From an uncultured Rikenellaceae bacterium (lineage in GTDB: Bacteria; Bacteroidota; Bacteroidia; Bacteroidales; VadinHA17): 64,000 bases of DNA. Within the stretch, counting starts at the first letter, position 1. The number at the start of each line of letters is the position of its first letter. Under the pieces are notes generated by a model that had not been told where the DNA came from, did no database searches, and saw nothing but the letters and a program-made list of their open reading frames with translations. Positions 59,012 to 64,000 of this stretch are shown one piece after another. Made by a program: the position numbers and the translations under genes. The stretch covers positions 6,816 to 70,815 of the forward strand of contig CAZMSH010000004.1 in the NCBI GenBank assembly GCA_964568875.1. Direction: 5' to 3'.

Positions 59012-60757
59012 TCAGGCGAATTCAATCAGCGGAGTGCCTTTGGTGACAAAGTCTCCATGCTTGCAGAGTATCTTTTTGATTTTACCCTCCCTGTCTGAAA
59101 GGACCTCCACATAGCTGCGACCTGCTTCAATGTAGAATAATCTCTGTCCTTTTTTGACAGCACTTCCCTCGTCGACCTCCTGGTAGAAGCCAAGGTAGTA
59201 TTCTCCACTCCCTACATAAAGTAATACTGTCCCGTTGTCTTCCGAAAGCATTATCTTTTCTCCATGGGCTTTCTTACCCTCTGCAGCTTCATTTGCCTCA
59301 CTCTTTTTGGCCTCTATCTCTGAGATGAAACGGGTACGTGCTATTCCTGATTTATAATCCCTGTATTGCCTGTCGTGCATAGCAAGCTCAAACAGTTCTT
59401 CGTCATCAGGGCCGTAATCCCAGCCGTTTTTATCCATTTCCTCGCGGTATGAAGGCAACGCGTCGGGATAATTGTCCTGTGGCACTCCGTCGAAAAATTC
59501 TTTTCCTTCCTTCTCTGCCAGCGCTATAATATCCTGATGAAGCGGCCCGGGAAGTTTACCAGCCTTTCCAAGTATCATATCCCAGGTATTGTTGTCTATC
59601 ATGCCGAAACGCTCCTTCCCGTTGTAGAGCTGTACAATGTTCATCAGAGCCACGTTTTTTACATATTGGCTGAATGGAGTTACCAGCGGTGGGTATCCAA
59701 GCATCGGCCAGATATATTCGACTTCCTTGAACAGTTGAACCAGGAGTTGATCTTCATTAATTTCAGGTTTACCGAGGTTTTTTAGGGTAGTGTTTATACC
59801 CTGATGTACTCCTTTAAGGTCTGACATAAGGCTGCCCATCATGCCGCCCGGAAGTCCGCTACCAATCAGCAGTGATGTCATCTGCCTGTTCCGGGTGTCA
59901 ATAAAGTAGCCCAGGAAGTCATCGACGAATTCCTGTGTTAAAGACCTTACTTTCATATAGGCATCCATATTGATTTCAGGAACATCGAAGCCGGCATCCT
60001 TCATTATTGAATGTATTGCTATCAGGTCGGGGTGTACCATTCCCCAGCTTAAAGGTTCAACAGCTACATCGAGGTAATCGGCCCCTGCACGCGCTGTTTC
60101 AAGCATTGAAGCTACTGACATACCCGGACCGCTGTGTCCGTGATACTGTACTACAATGCCCGGAAATCTGGTTTTGATCTGCCTGACAAGTTCTCCCAGC
60201 ATTGCAGGCCTTCCTACACCGGCCATATCTTTAAGGCATATTTCATCGGCTCCGTACTCAACCATTTTGTCAACGACTCCCATATAGTACTCTACAGTAT
60301 GAACCGGTGAGCTGGTGATTGAAAGGGCTGCCTGTGAGATCATACCGGCCTCTTTGGCATATTTGATGGAGAGTTCCAGATTCCTGTGATCATTCAGTCC
60401 GCAGAACGACCTTGCTATATTAACGCCCTGGGCCTTCTTGACTCTGAACATAAGCCTTCTTACATCTGCAGGTACAGGATACATCCTTAATCCGTTCAGC
60501 GACCTTTCAAGCATATGTGTCTGTATACCTGCCTCATTAAAAGGTTTTGTCCATTCCCTGACCGCATGATTAGGATTTTCACCATACATAAGCTGAACCT
60601 GCTCGAAAGCACCTCCGTTGGTCTCTATCCTGTCGAAACACCCCATTTCAATTATATGCGGGGCAACCTCTTTCAGCTGATCCATTCTGGGCTGATATTT
60701 GCCGGTCGACTGCCACATATCACGATAAATGAGACTGAATTTTATCCTTCGCTTCAT
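59012..60757 (-). CDS. oxaloacetate decarboxylase alpha / transcarboxylase 5S-like carboxyltransferase with degenerate biotinyl domain
   Basis: About 581 aa from the ATG at 60757. HMGL-like TIM barrel (RDMWQS, LKDMAGVG, YHGHSGPG). The C-terminal biotinyl-fold domain has EAGRS in place of EAMKM. Confidence 0.78.
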   Translation of the reverse strand: MKRRIKFSLIYRDMWQSTGKYQPRMDQLKEVAPHIIEMGCFDRIETNGGAFEQVQLMYGENPNHAVREWTKPFNEAGIQTHMLERSLNGLRMYPVPADVRRLMFRVKKAQGVNIARSFCGLNDHRNLELSIKYAKEAGMISQAALSITSSPVHTVEYYMGVVDKMVEYGADEICLKDMAGVGRPAMLGELVRQIKTRFPGIVVQYHGHSGPGMSVASMLETARAGADYLDVAVEPLSWGMVHPDLIAIHSIMKDAGFDVPEINMDAYMKVRSLTQEFVDDFLGYFIDTRNRQMTSLLIGSGLPGGMMGSLMSDLKGVHQGINTTLKNLGKPEINEDQLLVQLFKEVEYIWPMLGYPPLVTPFSQYVKNVALMNIVQLYNGKERFGMIDNNTWDMILGKAGKLPGPLHQDIIALAEKEGKEFFDGVPQDNYPDALPSYREEMDKNGWDYGPDDEELFELAMHDRQYRDYKSGIARTRFISEIEAKKSEANEAAEGKKAHGEKIMLSEDNGTVLLYVGSGEYYLGFYQEVDEGSAVKKGQRLFYIEAGRSYVEVLSDREGKIKKILCKHGDFVTKGTPLIEFA

Positions 60758-60883
60758 CCTATCCAATTGTTTAGAAAATAAAAAAAATCCCCCAATGTAC
60801 AATGGCCCGCAATATATAAAATTTAACCGGTACTATTATATGATAAACAGCACCATGAGGCTGCCTGATCGGAATAAAAAGAA

Positions 60884-60911
60884 AGGAAGATACCCTGATG
60901 GATATCTTCCT
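60884..60911 (-). terminator. intrinsic terminator after the 60962-61447 gene
   Basis: aggaagata (60884-60892) pairs with tatcttcct (60903-60911). A T-rich tract follows on the minus strand (plus-strand ataaaaagaa, 60874-60883). Confidence 0.6.
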
Positions 60912-60961
60912 GTTAGTCAAACTAAAACCTGATTTCAGAGGCCTGGCGGCCCGTGTAATTC

Positions 60962-61447
60962 TTACTTGGAAGCAAGAATGCTGTTAAAATCCTTCAAAAG
61001 TGCAGGGAAAAATGCTGCAATTAGCTTGGTGTTTTCCAGAACCGTATTGTTGCCTGCCGTCAAAACTTTCTGATGGAAGTATTCGGATCTGTTAAGTTCA
61101 TTATCAACCGTTGACAACCCCATCTTACCGTATTTGCGTGAAAGCTTCTCAACACCAAAGTAAGAGTCGTTACAGACGTACTGAACTGACAATTTGTCGG
61201 AGATTACAAGGTAGTTGCTGCATTTTTTATCCTTATCTACTGCAACTGTAACCTTAAGGGGAGAGTTCGAATAGGAGATAACATAGGTCCTGAGCTCACG
61301 TCCGTCAAGAATGTAGGGGTTTTCTGCGACCTCAATCTTGTAATCTCCAATCTTTGAGAATGTTTTGCCTTTTGCTACAACGGTGGTGGCAAATGCACCT
61401 GCGCTGATCAAAACTGCAACCATCACTGATAAAAGAATTCTTTTCAT
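60962..61447 (-). CDS. hypothetical exported protein
   Basis: 161 aa with an N-terminal signal peptide and no recognisable motif. Confidence 0.4.
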   Translation of the reverse strand: MKRILLSVMVAVLISAGAFATTVVAKGKTFSKIGDYKIEVAENPYILDGRELRTYVISYSNSPLKVTVAVDKDKKCSNYLVISDKLSVQYVCNDSYFGVEKLSRKYGKMGLSTVDNELNRSEYFHQKVLTAGNNTVLENTKLIAAFFPALLKDFNSILASK

Positions 61448-61490
61448 GGCATAAAAGATTTAATTAAAAATTTACTGAGAACTATTAAAA

Positions 61491-61540
61491 ATTACTGTCC
61501 AAAAAAACTACTGTCCAAAAAAAAACTACTGTCCAAATAA
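61491..61540. repeat. three tandem direct repeats (A/C)TACTGTCCAAA with A7/A9 tracts
   Basis: attactgtccaaaaaaa / ctactgtccaaaaaaaaa / ctactgtccaaataa. Located 44 nt upstream of the minus-strand start at 61447. Confidence 0.8.
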
Positions 61541-61710
61541 TATTTTGCTTTATTCTGATTACCGATCTTCTGCTCAATAGACGGATAATATCTGCAGTCG
61601 TTGCATCTCTTTTATGTTAAAATTGTGTTAATAAATGCTGCGATAGTATAACAGTCTGGTATTCAGTGAAAAAATATCAATCCTTTTGGTGAATTTTTGA
61701 AAAAAATATA

Positions 61711-61718
61711 TACATTTG
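61711..61718 (+). promoter_or_regulatory. Bacteroidota -7 promoter box TACATTTG upstream of the glycyl-radical operon
   Basis: TAnnTTTG match 161 nt upstream of the activase ATG, which implies a long 5' leader. Confidence 0.4.
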
Positions 61719-61878
61719 CACATATATATTAATAAATGACGGCTGCATTGAGATATCGCTTTTTAATGAACCGGCTAGGAAGACGGTTATACAGCTGTCT
61801 TATTTATTATAATTTCTAGTCTTCCTTTGCCCGATCCGGGCCTGCATTTCACAACATTGTATTTTCAGAACTAATTCC

Positions 61879-62679
61879 ATGAAAGGTTTAATTTTCAGCA
61901 TTAAGAAGTATGCCATACACGATGGCCCGGGTATAAGGGTAACATTTTTCCTTAAAGGCTGTCCTCTTAACTGCTGGTGGTGCCATAACCCTGAAGGCAT
62001 ATCTCCTGAGGTAACTGAAGTTGAAAGGGTTGACAGGATAGGAGAGAAGGAGTTCCGGAGAATGGAAAAAGTAGGAAAGCAGTACTCTGTAGATGACCTG
62101 GTTGAAGTGGCCGCTAAGGAAAGAGTATTCTTTGAACATTCCGGAGGTGGTGTTACCTTCTCGGGAGGAGAGCCATTGATGCAGTACAGGTTCCTGAAGG
62201 CAGCACTTTCAGCAATGAGGGAAGCCGGCATACATACTGTTGTCGACACGTCAGGAATGGCATCTGAGAACCATTTCAGGGATATATTGCCGTACACGTC
62301 CCTCTTCCTCTATGATATTAAGTTTATGAATGAGGAGAAGCACAGGAAGTATACAGGCGTAAGCAACAGCCAGATAATTGGCAATTTCAGGTATCTTATT
62401 GGTGAAGGTGCGAGAGTTATTGCAAGGATACCGGTAATACCGGGAATTAATGATGATGATTCAGAACTTATTGATATCAGGGAATTTATAGCGGAACACA
62501 TGGCTCCCAACCTGATCGGTGTTGATCTGTTGCCATTCCATCGTATCGGGTCTTCGAAATACCGTAGATTTGGTATGGAATACAGGATGGGAGATGTGGG
62601 CCAGGTCTCCTCTGAAAGGATGGAGGATATCTCTGATTTATTCGCAGGTCTGGAGGTTAAGGTTAAGGTCGGAGGATAA
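61879..62679 (+). CDS. glycyl-radical enzyme activating protein (radical SAM)
   Basis: 266 aa. HDGPGIRVTFFLKGCPLNCWWCHNPE (Cx3Cx2C) and GGGVTFSGGEP. No ferredoxin-like Cys insert. Confidence 0.9.
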   Translation: MKGLIFSIKKYAIHDGPGIRVTFFLKGCPLNCWWCHNPEGISPEVTEVERVDRIGEKEFRRMEKVGKQYSVDDLVEVAAKERVFFEHSGGGVTFSGGEPLMQYRFLKAALSAMREAGIHTVVDTSGMASENHFRDILPYTSLFLYDIKFMNEEKHRKYTGVSNSQIIGNFRYLIGEGARVIARIPVIPGINDDDSELIDIREFIAEHMAPNLIGVDLLPFHRIGSSKYRRFGMEYRMGDVGQVSSERMEDISDLFAGLEVKVKVGG

Positions 62680-62715
62680 ATCGATTGAAAAAGAAAGAAA
62701 AGTAATAACAATAAA

Positions 62716-64000
62716 ATGAAAATGACAGAAAGAGTTCTAAAGTTAAGGGATCAGAGTCTGAATGCGGTTGAAAGTATAACTGCAGAGAGAGCGGTCCTCA
62801 TTACCGATTTCTACAAGAGTGATGCTTCACTGGGTTTATCAGTTCCTGTTTCGAGGGCCCGCGCATTGGAGTATATTCTCCGGCATAAGGATATCTGTAT
62901 TAACGAGGGGGAACTTATAGTAGGCGAGAGAGGTCCCGGACCCAAGCAGACACCCACATACCCTGAAATATGTCTTCATACGATAGAAGATCTGGAAGTA
63001 CTTGACTCAAGGGAGAAGGTCTTCTTTCGTGTTGATGAAGAGGTAAAAAAGGCTTACAGCGAGAAGATAATTCCTTTCTGGAAGGGTAAAAGCAACCGTG
63101 ACAGAATAATGGATCTGATGACACCCGAATGGCTCAGTGCCTATAATGCAGGAGTTTTTACCGAATTTCAGGAGCAGAGGGCTCCCGGGCATACTGTTCT
63201 TGGATACAAGATGTTCAGAATGGGGTTTCTGGACCTGAAGAGGGAGATAGCCAATGCTCGGGCGAAGCTTGATTTCTACAATGACCCTGAAGCTTTTAAC
63301 AGGCAGGAGGAGCTTAAAGCCATGAATATTGCATGCGATGCAATTATTATGTATGCTGAAAGGCACGCTGAAAAGCTTGAGCAGCTCGCATCATCAGAAA
63401 AAGATAGTGCCAGGCGCAAAGAGCTGACCAGAATGGCCGCCGTATGCAGGAGGGTGCCGGCTAATGCACCTCAGACGTTCCACGAGATGTTGCAGCACTA
63501 CTGGTTCATACATCTTGGGGTTATTACCGAACTTAATCCCTGGGACTCGTTCAATCCGGGAAGACTCGACCAGCATCTTATGCCTGTTTATGAGAAGCAG
63601 CTCAGTGACGGGACGCTAACGCCGGAGGAGGCTTATGAACTCCTGGGATGTTTCTGGGTTAAATTCAACAACCATCCTTCACCCCCGAAAATGGGTGTTA
63701 CCGCAAAAGAGAGCAGCACCTATACAGACTTCTGCCTTATTAACCTCGGTGGGGTAAAACCTGACGGCAGCGATGCAGTTAATGAGATGACCTATATACT
63801 CCTTGATGTTATCAGGGAAATGAGGATACTCCAGCCCAGTTCGATGGTTCAGATAAGCCGTAAGAACCCTGACAGGTTTATACACAAGACCCTTGACATC
63901 ATCAAGACTGGCTTCGGCCAGCCATCATGTTTCAATACCGAAGCAATAATTCAGGAATTGATCAGGCAGGGAAAGAGTATTGTTGATGCAAGGAACGGTG
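62716..64000 (+). CDS. glycyl radical enzyme, PFL2/glycerol-dehydratase-like family, C-terminus cut by window edge
   Basis: Not in the ORF track because no stop falls within the window. Hand translation from the ATG at 62716 is open for 428 codons: MKMTERVLKLRDQSLNAVESITAERAVLITDFYK...GELIVGERGPGPKQTPTYPE...APGHTVLGY...NPWDSFNPGRLDQ. This is a typical N-terminal region of PFL2-type GREs. Confidence 0.88.
   Translation, partial: MKMTERVLKLRDQSLNAVESITAERAVLITDFYKSDASLGLSVPVSRARALEYILRHKDICINEGELIVGERGPGPKQTPTYPEICLHTIEDLEVLDSREKVFFRVDEEVKKAYSEKIIPFWKGKSNRDRIMDLMTPEWLSAYNAGVFTEFQEQRAPGHTVLGYKMFRMGFLDLKREIANARAKLDFYNDPEAFNRQEELKAMNIACDAIIMYAERHAEKLEQLASSEKDSARRKELTRMAAVCRRVPANAPQTFHEMLQHYWFIHLGVITELNPWDSFNPGRLDQHLMPVYEKQLSDGTLTPEEAYELLGCFWVKFNNHPSPPKMGVTAKESSTYTDFCLINLGGVKPDGSDAVNEMTYILLDVIREMRILQPSSMVQISRKNPDRFIHKTLDIIKTGFGQPSCFNTEAIIQELIRQGKSIVDARNG

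Noticed and set aside
61800-62297. 165-aa minus-strand ORF upstream of or overlapping the activase.
   Set aside because: It is antisense to the radical-SAM activase, whose Cx3Cx2C and GGE motifs are unambiguous. The minus-strand product has low-complexity Ser/Thr/Pro-rich composition.

Overview
The window looks like core chromosome from an anaerobic member of the Bacteroidota. This is inferred from repeated TAnnTTTG -7 promoter boxes, a PorT-like gene, an S46 peptidase, a BlaR1-TonB fusion, and rpsU-xer-hpf-tRNA-tuf synteny. Coding density is high and I see no rRNA, CRISPR array, prophage or transposase.

Layout:
- 1-26.4 kb: housekeeping and metabolic genes (rpe, miaA, gap, msrBA, ubiE, porT-like, TamA-like, two Na+-coupled amino-acid transporters).
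- 26.5-41.6 kb: the conserved rpsU / xer / hpf / tRNA-Thr-Tyr-Gly-Thr / tuf / tRNA-Trp / secE / nusG / rplKAJL / rpoBC block.
- 41.6-47.2 kb: kdsC, a UbiA prenyltransferase, maf and an S46 peptidase.
- 47.3-64 kb: an anaerobic redox and stress neighbourhood. It holds hcp-frdX divergent from hcpR with a perfect 16-bp palindromic box between them, a six-gene operon, a 7TMR-DISM histidine kinase, Dcp, an OadA-like carboxyltransferase, and a glycyl-radical enzyme (GRE) pair.

Best candidate for an undescribed system: the tightly coupled six-gene operon at 50908-54603 (DRTGG, RsbW-like kinase, sensory-type [FeFe]-hydrogenase-like protein, DRTGG, PHP phosphoesterase, GHKL ATPase). No structural hydrogenase, maturase or obvious output gene is in the window.

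Second unexplained signal: an interspersed intergenic element that sits right after stop codons at five loci. It combines tandem heptamers (YCRGRTR type) with a conserved ~25-45 nt core.

The GRE gene at the right edge is absent from the supplied ORF track because it runs off the window; I translated it by hand. All product calls rest on motifs read from the translations and remembered family signatures. No database search was run.
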